Assembly: GCA_013265495.1 (NCBI GenBank)
Contig: MU061578.1
Location: 1,807,308 to 1,871,307 of the forward strand
From: Vicugna vicugna
Taxonomy: Eukaryota
Length of the DNA stretch: 64,000 nt
Direction of reading: 5' to 3'
The notes below the pieces were generated by a model, which was not told the origin of the DNA, did no database searches, and saw only the letters and a list, made by a program, of their open reading frames with translations. This document shows, piece by piece, positions 49,800-63,305 of the stretch (positions within the stretch are counted from its first letter, which is position 1; each line of letters starts with the position of its first letter). The translations under genes were made by a program, and so were the position numbers.

Positions 49800-50020
49800 A
49801 CCAACGTAAGGACCACTTACCACGTACCAGCCACTGTGCTTAATGCTTTACCCAGACGAACAGAGGCATCTCCCTAATAACTCTACAAAGTAGGAATTTC
49901 TCATGCCAGCTCTACAGCTGAGCAAACCGAGCTCAGAGAGACTGGTTGCTAAAAGACACCTGAGTGACAAGGAGAGACATGTCCTTAAGTGAGACCCATC
50001 AGACCCCAAAGGCCCGGCTC
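49800..50020 (-). mobile_element. MIR SINE
   Basis: CACTTACCACGTACCAGCCACTGTGCTTAATGCTTTAC...TACAGCTGAGCAAACCGAGCTCAGAGAG. Confidence 0.65.
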
Positions 50021-50239
50021 TGGGCCACTCTAAATATATGGGTTTAGGGTTTGATCTGTAGTCAAGAAGGATCCATGGAGGATGTCTGAGGAACGGAAGG
50101 ACATGTTCTGATCTGTATTTTCAGAGAATAACCAGCCACACAGTAGAGCGTGGACTGGAGGTGGGAGAGATAGAGACAGAGGCTCCGGGAGCTACTGCAA
50201 AATGTAGCCTCTGAAGCCGCTGTATTGAGCTGTTTATTT

Positions 50240-50400
50240 GCACTTCATCATGTGCTGGCTGTGCGACTTGGGGCAAGTTACTCAACCTCTCTGAGCCTCA
50301 GTGTCTCCAACTGTGATATGGGAATCACACGAATAAATGAATTGATGTATTTAGAGTCTTTAGATCTGCCTGGCTAATTGAAGCCACTTAATGATGTTAG
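50240..50400 (+). mobile_element. MIR SINE
   Basis: GCTGTGCGACTTGGGGCAAGTTACTCAACCTCTCTGAGCCTCAGTGTCTCC. Confidence 0.8.
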
Positions 50401-51349
50401 TTACTTTATCATCATCTAAAAAAGACACATGGAAGAGGAAAAAGAGGAAACAGATCGGCCCGTTGAGATGAGTCCCTAGGGATGTCAAATGCGTCAGGCA
50501 CTTGCATTTCCTTCTTTGTACTGTTAGTAGTCAGCCTGATCCTGCCTTTTGAAGCCACCACCACCCACGCCACTACCCAGGCTGCTTCCCAACAGACTGT
50601 GGCTTGCAGAGGCAGATGCGCCTCACCTGGGCACAAAGACAGGGATGGCGGAGATGAGGACCAAGACAACAGGGAAATGGGCCAAGGCCGTTTGTCCTCC
50701 CAGTGCAACTCTTTGGCCTCTTCAGCTCCAAGTTACTATGTGTGTGTGGTGGGTAGGGGTATGCCAGGTCACCCATGAACCAAAACAGATTGTAATTCCC
50801 AAGCTTCCATTAACACCAAAGGGCAACGTGACCCATTTAAACATCAGACTGCATTTGCATCCAAAAATCTGTGAACGCACCATGATTTGTTTCATTTCAA
50901 TGGCTAACCTTTGGGAAAGGCTCTCTTGAGATGGCTTGTCCTTCTTGAACCCTGCTTGGTACATTAGCACTAAAGGTCTTTTTACTCTTTAATAAGCACT
51001 GTCGCCAACCCAGAAAAAAGGTCTTGGTGAATTGTATGCATGTGCAATGTTAACTCAGCCCATTAGGCTCTGCTTAGCTAAAGGAGAAGTTCAGATACTT
51101 TGCAGCCATGCTGAACTTGATTTGAAAAAGAATCAAACTTCTGCAGCTGCTACACACTGATTATTCTGGAAACCTAAAGACAAAACCAAAACGTGTCAAA
51201 TAAATTGATAATTTGTTTTTGTTTTTCCTTTGTTTTTTTACCTCTTAGGGATACATCATTTACCTGTGGCACATAATAATGGGAGGCACCTGGGGAGCCA
51301 CGGGTGAGCCTCTGAATCCTTTGGTGTGATGTAAAATAGGAACAGACGT

Positions 51350-51520
51350 TCGTTGAGGACACTGTATGGGAGAACTGAGCTAATAAGTATTAACATCGTG
51401 CTCATTTTACAGATGAGGAAACCAAGGTTCAGAGAGGTTGTGGAACACGCTCAAGGTCACCACACGGGTAAGGTCACCAGCAAGCGGTAAGGCTGGCATT
51501 CAAACCACCACCTGATGGCA
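51350..51520 (-). mobile_element. MIR SINE
   Basis: CATTTTACAGATGAGGAAACCAAGGTTCAGAGAGGTT...GGCATTCAAACC. Confidence 0.8.
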
Positions 51521-53231
51521 GACCCATGGGTGTCCACCCTACGCTCCCATTTGCATCCGCCCCCTGGACCGTAAGCATATGGAGCTCTAATCACTAACAC
51601 TGAGTACCTTGAAGGGCACAAAGCGATCTTAAAATATCATCTCCTGTGATCATTATATTGATCTTTGAGGCAGGAACTGCTTTAATACCCATTTTCCAGA
51701 TGAACAATGTGAGCCTTTGAGGAAAAAGGTCATCTGGTTTTTTTAGTGATAAAGCTAGGATTCTGATCCCAGAACCAAACTTTAACCCTCTTTCTTATTT
51801 GACTACCTAGCACTGAACTTGGCACCAAGCTAACAGCCAGTGTCTGATGAGTGGATGGATGAGTGACCAGATCTGTGATGGGATCTCTGGTACCTTCAGC
51901 ACCATGCCCATGGCATCCTGCAAGATGCCCAGCACACAGTAGGTGCTCAATAAATGATTGAGAAAGAATGGTATTTGCTATGATGACATAAATACAGGCA
52001 GACCCAGGGCTCTGATTCCTTTGCAGAAGAGGGAGACATGTGGTTTGATGATTATCTCCTAAGCTAAGCCTTTTCATTCCATCCCTGCCTTCCAAGATAA
52101 CCATACAGAAATGTGTGAATAAAATGGTTGTGTTACATCTGGTGTCCTGCTGGATTAGCTGGTGGCCCAGGGGACGTTATCGGCGCCAAGGATCATAATC
52201 CTCCACTCCCTATCTCTTCGCAAACAAAACTGACAAAATGCTCCCAGGGCTCTCTGTAGTAACCTTCACATCTGTGAACAGCCGGCTCTACACGTTTTCC
52301 TCCTGAGCGGGTGTCCCGGGCCCTCCTCGTTTCAGGAGAGACGCCAGCTGCAGGTAACAGCCCCCTTCAGCATCACGCACTGTATCAGCAGCTTCACCCC
52401 AGCAATCTGACACGTGTGAAATGTGACCGCTTATCAGTGAGGAGAGAGCCCGGCAGCTTTTAGGGATGCAGAAGGGACCCGCTGGCTGCTGCAAATCTCT
52501 CACCAGTGCATTGGAGTTTGACACTTAATATTCCAACCCAACTACAGGCTATGTACTCAGAGGATAAAACTCGGTAATAGCACACAGACCAACAGGCTGA
52601 GCATACAAACCTCCAGTGTAAAGACTCACTTAAGAGCTTTCTGCCACAAATGGAGCCAGAGGAGAGAGGAAAAAGAGAGAGATGGACTGGAAAGAGCAGA
52701 GTCATGGTCAAAACAAGTAAGGTGGAATCATCATGAAAATCCCCAGGGTAATCCAGCACTTTGTCAGTGGTAGTAGTAGTGGGGCTCAGGGAAGAAACAA
52801 AATAACTAAACAAAGATGTGATCGGTTTGTCTCCTTAAATGACAGGGGATGACTTAAAAATACAGCACAATGTCTCATCGTTCTGTTTAAATTCATCATG
52901 TTTGATGCTCATTATTTTCCCCACTGGGGACTCAAAATAAGAGGGATGTCCCGGCAATTGCTGATACATCATCATGGAGAGACAGCCAAAAGGACAATCT
53001 GGTGCTTGCGTGCCAATGGCCAACACGCAAGTTTCCAAAAGTGCCTTAACCTAAGAATTCTCTACCCTGTGTGGCTAATTTCATAGCCTCTATAAACACT
53101 CATACAGGGCTTAGTGTGAAGTAGGTGCCCCATGATCACTGATGGGTAAAAGTCAGCCTACAAGCAGGCTCATTCAGATCTGGTTCTGCCCGTTGCACCG
53201 AAATTCCAAACTAAGCCTGCTGAGTCTAAAT

Positions 53232-53570
53232 CAGAGACCACAACTGCAAACCAGCGGGTCTTAATGGCCCATATGTATATAATGTTTGAACTGCTCACCA
53301 TTTAAAATAACTTATGAAAAAGTTGCTGATGCTTAAAAACCAACATTAAATATCTATAAATCTAACTGAATTCTTGATAAACTGCAGTATCCAACCATAA
53401 TGAGACTGTACTTTGCATGGCAAGAATCCCATGAGCTGAGTCGCGGATGCTTCCTTTAGAAAAGGCATGCACTCTCCCCAGTCCCCACCGGTCTCTGTTG
53501 CCTCCAGCCACATCATTCAGATAGTTACCTATGTGGTGCCCCAAGTAGGCATTTGAGTTTCAGATGCCTG
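53232..53570 (+). mobile_element. MER102-type hAT-Charlie relic
   Basis: GCATGGCAAGAATCCCATGAGCTGAGTCGCGGATGCTTCCTTTAGAAAAGGCATGCACTCTCC...GTAGGCATTTGAGTTTCAGATGCCTG. Confidence 0.7.
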
Positions 53571-53792
53571 ATTTAACTATTTAGAGTTTCCGGCAAACAT
53601 TATACCTTCATTTTATTCACTGAAATGCTTTTTCTTTACTCTTAGGGTAAAAATCCATGCAATTCTTCCCTTTCTCTTGCCCCTGGAATTCTGAGATAGT
53701 TCAAACCCATACAGGCATATTAGCCACAAGAAGAAAATAAAAGATTGACTCTTTGATGAAATTCTAAGTGAATAAAGCAGCTTTTCCTTTCT

Positions 53793-53911
53793 CTGTGCAG
53801 GGAGGGGGGATTAGGTTTATTTATTTATTTTTAATGGAAGTACCAGGGATTGAACCCAGGACCTCATCCATGCTAAGCACACACTCTACCACTGAGCTAT
53901 ACCCTCCCCTC
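53793..53911 (-). mobile_element. tRNA-Ala-derived camelid-type SINE
   Basis: GGGATTGAACCCAGGACCTCATCCATGCTAAGCACACACTCTACCACTGAGCTATACCCTCCCC; TSD CAGCTTTTCCTTTCT / CAGTTTTTCCCTTCT. Confidence 0.92.
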
Positions 53912-53989
53912 CAGTTTTTCCCTTCTTGCTTTCATTATAATTGCAGAAATATTCCAAAGAGGGAGAGAGCTCATCCAACACACTGAGCT

Positions 53990-54585
53990 AGGAAAATCGT
54001 AGCTGTGAGGACCACGTCACTCACTTGCATATACAACTTTCAGTGGCTCCGCACAGCCTACAGGATGCTGGAACACTCCTTAGCGTGGCATCTGCACAAC
54101 AAACTGACCTCAGCCAACTGTTCCAGACTCCTCTTCTCTTGACCCACTCATGCTGCCCCCTGCAGTCCAGCCACCACATCTAGGGTGTCTCACTTCTTCT
54201 GTATCTGAGATTTTTACTCATCCTGTTTCCTTTGGCCGGAATCCCATTCCTTGACCTTCTGTATAGGAAAACCACACTCATCAAATATCATTCCTGAGGT
54301 CCAATTCAAATATCACTTCCCAAGTAGAGTTGGAAGTATCATTTCCCAGCCCACCCAGGGAGGTTAAACTTGCCTCTCTCGGATTTCCACCCTGCTGTAG
54401 TCACATGCCCCCACTTAAGATACAAAGTATCTAAATTATCTCAGAGTTATGTATCTCATAGGTATTTATGCCTTGCTTTTCTCCAAACCAAGACTGTGAG
54501 CTTCTTGAGGGAGGGAATTATTCTACTTTGTATCCCAAGAGCTTACCAAAGGACCTGGTCGATAGACACTTACTCAAAGCAGAAA
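53990..54585 (+). mobile_element. L2 LINE 3' region
   Basis: AACTTTCAGTGGCTCCGCACAGCCTACAGGAT...AAGACTGTGAGCTTCTTGAGGGAGGGA. Confidence 0.65.
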
Positions 54586-54689
54586 ATGATGAGCACAGAC
54601 AGAGCCATAAGGATGCTCAGAAAAGGGAAAGCTTAAATCTTGCTGGGGCGGATCAGCACAGTTTCTTGGGAGATGTAAATTTTGGAAAG

Positions 54690-54930
54690 GCTGTCTGGTA
54701 TAGAACTCAGAATGCAGAATTTGAAGCCAGAGTGTCTGGGTTTAAATTCCAGCTTTGGTATCTCCCAGCTATGTGATTTGGCACAAGTTACCTAATAGCT
54801 CTGGGTCTCAGTTTCCCCATATATAAAATGACACTATTAATGTTGCCCGTTAAAGAGGTGATTATGAAAATTATAGAGTCTGGGTATGTAAAGCACAAAG
54901 TCAAAGTATAAAGATCCTAGCAATTATTAT
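54690..54930 (+). mobile_element. MIR SINE
   Basis: CTGGGTTTAAATTCCAGCTTT...GCTATGTGATTTGGCACAAGTTACCTAA...CTCAGTTTCCCCATATATAAAATG. Confidence 0.8.
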
Positions 54931-56894
54931 TTGAGCTGAACTATAAAGGGAAGGTATGATTTGGACCTGCAGGGGGGTAGGCAACCCCCAGATGGGGGAA
55001 ACAGCATAGAAGGCATCAGGGAGGAAGGGACTTATAGGCGCCCAGAGTCAACCATGTTGCAGCCTTCAGCATGTCACCGTGTAGCGGAGAATAGGTTGAA
55101 ACAGGCTGGAGCCAGATCAAAAAGGACTTTGAACGTCAGTCCAGAATTTTTTGAACTGTGTTTTGTAAGAAGTAGGGAACTGGAGTGTTCAGGGGTGCAG
55201 CTCCCAGGCTGAGTTTTAGTTAACTATTTATTTCAGGCAACTCTTTTCATCCCCAAATCTGGAGAACAGCAAAGCTGGTAGGAGGAATGTGTGAAGCCAT
55301 GAGACATAGACAGTTCAGTGACTTTCTGACAACGTGCAAATAAGACCATTCATCCGAAAGGGGCAAAAATCAGTCTGAGCAGAGGAATTTCCTGGGCTGA
55401 AACACAAATGGAAGATGCGAGGTCCCCTTTCTCAGTCATTTTGTTGGTTTCTTTGGGACATTATCTAAAACTCCACAAGACAAAGCAGGACTTAAGGCCA
55501 ACAGAAACATGGCTATTAATAGGTCGCTTTTAATGTCTGAATATCTCTGTCTGACACTGGATAACTGAGCAATTTTAATTCCTTGGTAAATTCTCGGAGC
55601 TACCTCCCACCAAACAAAAATTCACATATAATTAGATTTTCTGAAAAAAAGAAATCTGTTGGACTGTTTCATCCATTGAGAAGCCACTGGAGGTATTCCC
55701 ACCGGATTGATAGTATATGTGAGACTTCATTGGAAAAATACCAATTTCTTTATTAACTGCACCTTTCTTACTCTAATGCCAGAGTCCAAAGGCACACCAG
55801 GATTCACAGTGGTCATAAAGAAGGGGATATTTCCTTTTATCCTATACAGTTTAGATCTGAACTGAACACACACACACACACTCCAACATGAAGCCTACAG
55901 TTTTAGGAGATCCTGGGAAGGAAAAAAAAGAAAGCAAATGAGGGAGAGACTAGAAGGAGAAAAAAAAAATTCATCCTTGTATTTTCCACCACCCGCTGTG
56001 GTCTGATCCTGGCAAGAGAATGCATGACCCTCCTCTAGAAGAATTTAGCGTCTAGGGCAGAAAGCATAATACTCCTCCTCTGTAACTGTACGTTTCACAC
56101 CATCGTAAAAACTCGCCCCAGACCAGCATGAACACCTTCAGCATTAACTGAGCACCTAACAGGTACTAAATCCCTTTCTCCTCCATGTGTGTTGAAGTCA
56201 TTTCAGCACAACAAGTAAACTGCTATGGTGTTAGCCTCCTTTTCTTTTCACATTCCACATACTATTCACACTAAAATCACGGCTGTTTATCATTACCACC
56301 CGTGGCTCTCGTCACATGTGACTAATTATTAATTCCAGGCAAAGTGGCAGAATTCATGACAAGATAGTTGCTAAATGCACCATAATCCAAGCTACGTTTT
56401 CCCTCTTTGCCTAAAAATGCTGTGGCCACAATTTCCCACATTTTTACGCTCTTCCCCTCACTTTACTTAAAAGCACTGGTTCTCTCTTGTGATCTTGTTG
56501 CCTCTTCTCTCTATTCCCCTCGTTAAGCTGTTATATTTCCATTTCATTCCTAACTATCAAAGGTATTCAAATTCCCCCGTTCTCCTTTTCTCTCTACCCT
56601 GCTTCGTGAAATCATTATTCTCCTATTGTGGCCTGATTCTTTATATTACTCTTTCAATTTGCTCTCTCTACTGATGGCCTTAAATCCTTGCTACATTCAG
56701 AAGACATTTGCATTATTTTGTTCCTTCAAATTGCCTGGGAGGCATTTTTTTCCCCCTGAATGCATCTATCACTACCTTTCCATTTTAAAATTCTAATTCA
56801 TGGCATCTTCTTCTACTGCAGCTAGCGCCGTTTTGATTCAAAATCAGTATTGTTTGTGAATGAGACAGAGGCTGGATATGCTAGTAAGTGGAAA

Positions 56895-57180
56895 GCTGCT
56901 CCAATTGGCATAAGAAAGCAGCTTTCTAGCAACTTCCAGGGAGCGGCTATAATTCTGTAACGTAAGCATTGGCAGCCTCCCTTCCTCTCACTGCTGTGAT
57001 TAAAATGAGGTGGTACCAGCTAGCACCTAAGTCGAAAATGAGTGACTTCCTCACTTCCTATTGGTTATACAAAAGGTATGTCGTGGGGTTTCACTCTTCG
57101 CAGCACCAATCAGAGGCAGAAGGCCAACTTACTCCATCAGTCTGTATCCGCTCTTCCCAACCAATCAAGGAAATGACACC
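56895..57180. promoter_or_regulatory. Candidate promoter/enhancer: CCAAT boxes plus tandem ETS cores
   Basis: ACTTCCT twice (57045-57051, 57053-57059), ATTGG 57060-57064, CCAATCAG 57106-57113, CCAATCA 57161-57167, AGGAAAT 57168-57174, in repeat-free sequence; motif-only evidence. Confidence 0.35.
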
Positions 57181-57669
57181 TCCGACCCTGACATCTGCAA
57201 AGGCTGTTCAGCGGGGTGGTGTGAAGGGGAGGTCAGCCTCATTACCAAACTGGTCGGTACATTTCTTTGTTCATCTAAAAACAATCCCCCAAAAGTCACT
57301 CTATAACTTGACCCACAAACAAAGGGCATCACTGGTGAAAGCTCCTTCCGTTCAAAGTCAGGATCCACAGGTAACGGTCACTTAACCTTTCTCACACTAC
57401 TGGGCGCTAAACTAAGTGGCTCTGTGCTTTCCTAAGGTGACAGGGTATTCATGAGAAGCATTACCTTGAAAATGAATGTCCAAGAATTACTGGTGGTTCC
57501 AACGGAATCCTTAAAGCTCAGGATTCCAGCTCACCCATTCTGACCAGGGACTACCAAAAGCATCTCCAAAAATTCAGCCCAGCACAGAGGCAAGGAAAGA
57601 CGTTCTGCCAACGTGCGATTACAGACCTAAGACCTTACTTCAGCTACTGAAGCAGTGACAACAGGCAGC

Positions 57670-57890
57670 GGTCCGTGTTCACCAGCAGGAGCTTGAGGCC
57701 AGGGTCCCTGGCTTCCAATTCCAGCTCTGCTTTCTCCTGGAAGTGCACCTTCAGGTTAGTTATCTTATATCACTGAGTTTCCTTTTCTTCAACCAATAAA
57801 ATAGAGGTACCAAAAGCTGTCATAGTATGCACCCTCGCATTTTCACGTGAGTTGGAATGAAATAACATGTGTACAGTAGCTAAGTATATA
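57670..57890 (+). mobile_element. MIR SINE
   Basis: CCTGGCTTCCAATTCCAGCTCTGC...CTGAGTTTCCTTTTCTTCAACCAATAAAATAGAGGTA. Confidence 0.6.
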
Positions 57891-57913
57891 GCACGGTTTT
57901 TACAGGCTGAAAA

Positions 57914-58085
57914 CCCTCACTACTCAGAGTGTGGTCCAGGCCTTGACACCATCCTATCATGGGGAGGGCGTTTTCGTTAGGAAGGCAGATTTTCAAGCTG
58001 TCACCCAGATCTGTCGAATCAGAGTCTGCATTTTAACAAGACCACCCAGGTGACCGCTATGCGCAAAACAGCTTGAGAAACACTG
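57914..58085 (+). mobile_element. MER5A-type hAT-Charlie relic
   Basis: CTACTCAGAGTGTGGTCC...GAATCAGAGTCTGCATTTTAACAAGACCACCCAGGTGA...TTGAGAAACACTG. Confidence 0.8.
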
Positions 58086-59319
58086 CTATAAATCACTTTT
58101 TATATCATCCTGATAAGCACTGTTGACCACAAACATTTTCTCCATAAATTTCAACAACTTGGAGATGAAATTTTAAGGGGAAATGATTTTCCTATTTGTA
58201 CCCTGAATCAGAGCATGCACATCTCATCCAGACACTGCACATGGCTAAGAGCTCCATCAAGTCACAAAGTGGAATATATGGGCTGAATGCCATATAGATG
58301 CTTGTTTGTGCAAAAGCTTGGAGTGTGCAGAATGCACCAATATTTAATACTGCCTGTTTTTCTTTAAGAAATTGGAGCTTAATTTTTTCCCCCCACAGGA
58401 AAGGGAAATGTGTGTAAGCGAAATTGAAAATCTCATCAGGAGAATTTAAGTTCTACCAATACTTCCTACAGATGTTTTTAGTTCAGGAACAATGGTATGA
58501 TAATTTTAGAGTTTCTCCAGCATTGAAGTAAATATGCTTAATTTTAGGCATTCAGATATGAGGAATGGAAAAGCGCTTTAACATGCCATGTTATAGATTA
58601 TACACATATGTGTTTATGTGCGTGCATGTGCATACACAGAGATCCTTTGAGCTGGCGATCTGCAAAGATTTTCATTTCCTTCTTCCTATTAAATGTTTAC
58701 TCATTAAGCAAATGTTTTTGAAAACCCAACTACATGCCAGGCACTGCTCTGTGTTAGCCATGGTGAGAATGATGCTGGATGAAATCCATGAGACTATGAA
58801 TGCAAGAATATTTGCTGTTGTAGCCGTAACGCCCAGCACCATGTCTCACACACAGTAGGCACTCAAACACATCCACTGGCTAATTTAATGAGTACCGTAT
58901 TGGCATGTACCAATTATAATGTGGGACTGTTAACGTGTTTGTTTTCTCCTGAAAATATAACCAGTATAATTTTGAGTCTGAACAGATGGATGAGATAGAG
59001 TAAGTAACACCATGACTATTTTGGGTGGCACTCGTTGGCCATTTGAAATACGGATTAGTCACTTTGTTCCCTTAGCCCTCCATTTCAGCTTGAGACTGGT
59101 ACACTTACTGAGGTCATTCTTGGAGACTGACTCTGCCTGCCAGTGTGTTTTCTGTGTCTGCCACCTAGGATGATCAAATGACTTTAAATACCCTTGGGTG
59201 GGGTGTTCAGACTGCTATGAACTTCACCCTCCCCTTTTCATTTTAGACCCAGCCCAACTCAAAATGTCTGGATTTCTGTAGGCATCTGAGTTTGAGACCC
59301 TTTGACCTAAATCTCCAAT

Positions 59320-59510
59320 TTGTTCATTCTTCATTCATTCATTCATTCAAATATATACTACCAGTCAACTCTATGTCAGGCACCATCCTAGATGTGGAGC
59401 AAATATTTCCATAAGTGGAAAATACAAGTCCTGTCCCTCACAGACCTTGAAATCTAATGTAGGGATATAGAGATGGGACAAAGAAATAAGTAATATCATT
59501 TAAGGTAATC
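59320..59510 (-). mobile_element. L2 3' end with (TTCA)n tail
   Basis: TTCATTCATTCATTCATTCAAATATATAC...CTATGTCAGGCACCATCCTAG...GTCCTGTCCCTCA. Confidence 0.75.
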
Positions 59511-62500
59511 ACGTCCCTCTAAGTCCAGTCTTCTTTGTATCAAAGCCTATTGAATGGGATATACTGGGGGGATATCTGTTACCCGTGGTACATGGCCCCA
59601 GAGGAAGCCTCTGTTACTCAGGGAAGCCTATGCAATATCTGGGTGTTGGGTTTCACCCTTTGGGTTAGCCTCTAATGATTCTGCAGCCCAGCAGGTAAAT
59701 AAAAGGACTCTAATGGAAATTACCAGTAGTCTAATAGGCATCTGCTCAGAGCCCATGCAGGGCTACGGATGAGTCAGACAGCACTTATTAAGAATAGCAC
59801 TGCTTATTACTCACAAAACACAGGCTTCCACTATTTATGACCACGGTTCCATCATCACAGCGACAACGTTAACTATGAGACTACCATGTCCTAAGTGTAG
59901 TAAAGATTTTATGTCTAATTCCTACATGAAAAACAGGTGTTAGAATCTTCAATTTATCGAGGACAAATGGAGGCACAGGCGTGAGGAAGCTCATCCAAGG
60001 CAACCAGGAAGAAGGAAGGTCATCGAGCTTGGATTCACACCAAGGTCAGACATTTCAAAAGTTCTCGCACATATGAATCAAGACTTTTGAACTTTCCCCA
60101 AGTTACTGTCACTGGGAATGTGCCTTTAATGACACATTTTAAGACATGGGAAGACTTAGCACTCAGACCCTTTGGAGAAGAGAGGAAGCAGTGGTGGGGG
60201 TTAAAAATGGACATCATAGCTCTGATGTCAGTGCAGCCGTCCTGCAAAGATTCAGGCTCTCTCGAATTATGCACAGCATTGCTTTGTAACGTATTTTCAG
60301 CATTTTCCCGATAAAGACGACTATATATGAACATTTTTTATCAGTGCCAAGATGGTACATAATTAATATTTTGATGCGGTGCATTCACCTGCCTTGATGC
60401 TTACTCTAACAATGTGAGCCTGGCTTGAAATAGACAATGCTTTTTCTAATGCATGCTATCCCACTTTGAGACAAGACGGCTCCGTTTATGTAATTATGTG
60501 ACTGATGATTTGCTGTCCCATTCCTCCTTGGGTTACTTGTATTAATGAGACATCCACGTGAATAAGCTGCTTCTCGGTAGAATCTAATGTCTCTAATACA
60601 ACCAGAGCCTTCGCAAAGAGGAAAGCAGAGGAATGAATCCGCCTAGAATCAAAGTCTCCTCTGATGTTGCTGACAGATCCTATCCGCCTTTCTTGGCCAT
60701 GGAGACTGCAAAATACAAAGGTTGAGGGGCTGGTACTTGGGGACAGAACCGGCAGGGAGGAGATCCAAGCCAAGGTGATGGTCACTGACATCCTCAAACA
60801 CAAACCCCTCACCAGAAGGAAGAGTAGGAGATATTGGTATTTCAAAATGTGTGAGGCAAAGGACAAACATTTCTCTCCTTGTGCGTTAGAATCAGCGCTC
60901 ACTCAGCAATGCCCGCGAGGTGCTTGGGCAATGAAAACCTTCAGCCACATGTAGATTTGTAGGATTTCAAGGGCTCTTGGCTCCTGAGGACAGGGACATA
61001 TACTGTCACTATGAAGGCTGTTCTCATCTGTACCAAAGTGAGGGGTCCCCATCCCTTTAATTCAGCTCGCATGCCCTCCAAATTCACACTCAGAAATAGT
61101 TGTAAACTTTCCATTCCTGGGTTCTTTCCATATTTCTAAAAAAATGCCTTTGTCATGGTGGCTTATGCAGAACTTCCAACTTAGCTTAATATATTTAGCA
61201 TCTGGAATTCCAAATTTGCAAATTAACCGAATCCCTCCCCCATCCCAGTACTACTGCAGCAGATCCCTCAATATTTTTAGCCATTATTTTTAATTTTCCT
61301 TTTTCTTGATTCCCTATAGTAAGTACTGAAACAAAACTACAATGGTAAAAAAAAAAAATCCTAATTTCTAAAGCTTCTTTGCCTTTCTCGGTGTGAGTCT
61401 ACCCAATTTTGAGTGTTTCTTTTAAACCCTTGTTTCAGCAAATTCCCCCATGACCTAGGGTTTTATGTGTCATGCAAAGGAAAACCAAACACACTAGGCA
61501 TTTGGAAGTGTATTTGTTTTCACCCCATTTCACAAACTGCAGTTAATAAGGCTCTAATAAGAAGAACAACGTATTCTCTGTGCACCCGCATATAATGCGA
61601 ACAAAGTCTCAATGCCTCAAAGACAACCCAGCATGCATGCCGCTCAACTGAATACCAATGACTGATCAGGAAAAATGATTTCCATGCCCACCAGAGCCTC
61701 CAAGGTCAGGGGCATCCTGCTCCATGATTGCACAGTTGTTCAGTTTACAAGGTGGCATGAAAGAAACCAAGGACCTCCCTGCCTTTTGAAAACATGCCCG
61801 ACTTGTCCCGACTCACGGAAAACACTAACACCATATTAAAAGCTGTAAAACATTGCGGTTGTGGTTTCTTCCTCTGGCATTCAGGTGGGGAAATGGCATT
61901 GAGTGAATGGAAATATTAGCTCTAACTCTGGTTCCTCAAGCCAGGATCTCGAACACGGGTTCTGAATGTTATGTTTAATCTAGGCAGGACAGTGTATGTT
62001 AGGGCCTCATTAGCACAGTGGTTCTTCCAAATATTGGCAGTTTACCAGCAAGCATCACTGGGGTTTGCTTTAGGTATAGGTGTGAACTGGTTGAAAATTG
62101 ATTTCTGAACTACCCCCAGAGCTGTCCTGATAGTGGAGGCAAAGAGATTGAGCGAGCTAGTTAATTTCAGGGCCATTAGCAAAGCCAAAGAATGAACAGG
62201 GATAAAATTGCAAGAGGAATTATATTTTCTAGCTGCTAAGTAGATAATATGAATAATGGGGTGAAATGATTACCATCCACCATTTGAGCACCAATGGCCT
62301 AGATGTTGTGTGAATTAATTAATCGTCAAAGCTCTTTATAGAATGACATTCAAAACAAGCCCAGGAAAAGCTCTTCCCCTCCATCCATTCCAGCACCGTC
62401 CACACCCCACTAGGATCAACACAAAGAATTGCTTCTCCGCATTGTAGTCATGTACTTGGAAAGCCTTCCCTTTCTCTTTCCCTCCAAGTAAGAACAGCTT

Positions 62501-63084
62501 TGCGAACAAAGTTGGTTTTGCATTAGACAAACCAGGAGTAGGCAATAAATTTAAAATGCCCCTGCGGTAATTTGGCCACATCTGCCACTCCCTGTCAAAC
62601 TAGAGGCCTTACCAGAGGTATGCAACTTCTAATTAGAGGATTGTAAAGAAAGGGGGTGGGGTAGGGAAAGCATGTGTGTATGTGTGTGTGTGTGTATCCA
62701 TTGTAGATCCTTCTACAACGTGGCACCATGAATCTCTGTCACTCTTTGACTAATGGCACATAGAGACATTTGGATGAACTAGTGAAAAATCTGTGAAGCT
62801 AGCTTACCCTTCCTAGTTTTAAAATCACCCAACTTTAGGTGGAAATATTTATTTTCCTCCTGTTCTCGATGCTGGCTGACACTTATACATACTATTTGAA
62901 GTTCTGACAGTGCAACCAAACCAAGAAAATAGACTTCTGATTGTTGAAGTTTCCACTTTATTGTGGAGTCCACTTTAAATGCAGAGATCTTTCTGCTTGA
63001 GAAGAAATGGGATAACCAGAATATGCAGAAAATCTATCCTTTTCTCTGCAGTGTAAAACAGTTAGAAGTGAGGATTTTAGCATT

Positions 63085-63305
63085 AGCTGGATATTGGATC
63101 ATATCCTGGCTGAGTCACCTTGTGACAGTGTGACAATGTCCACAGTTTCTTAATCTCTTCAAGGGTGGATTCTCCTACCTGTGAACTGAAGGTACTAGTA
63201 CCTACGAAACATGTAGGTTGTAAAGACAGATTAAATGAGGCAATGCATACAAAATGCTTCATGAAGTATCTAGCATATAGAAAACGCTCAATACATGAAT
63301 AGGCC
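63085..63305 (+). mobile_element. MIR SINE
   Basis: CATATCCTGGCTGAGTCAC...GTACCTAC...GGTTGTAAAGACAGATTAAATGAG. Confidence 0.65.
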
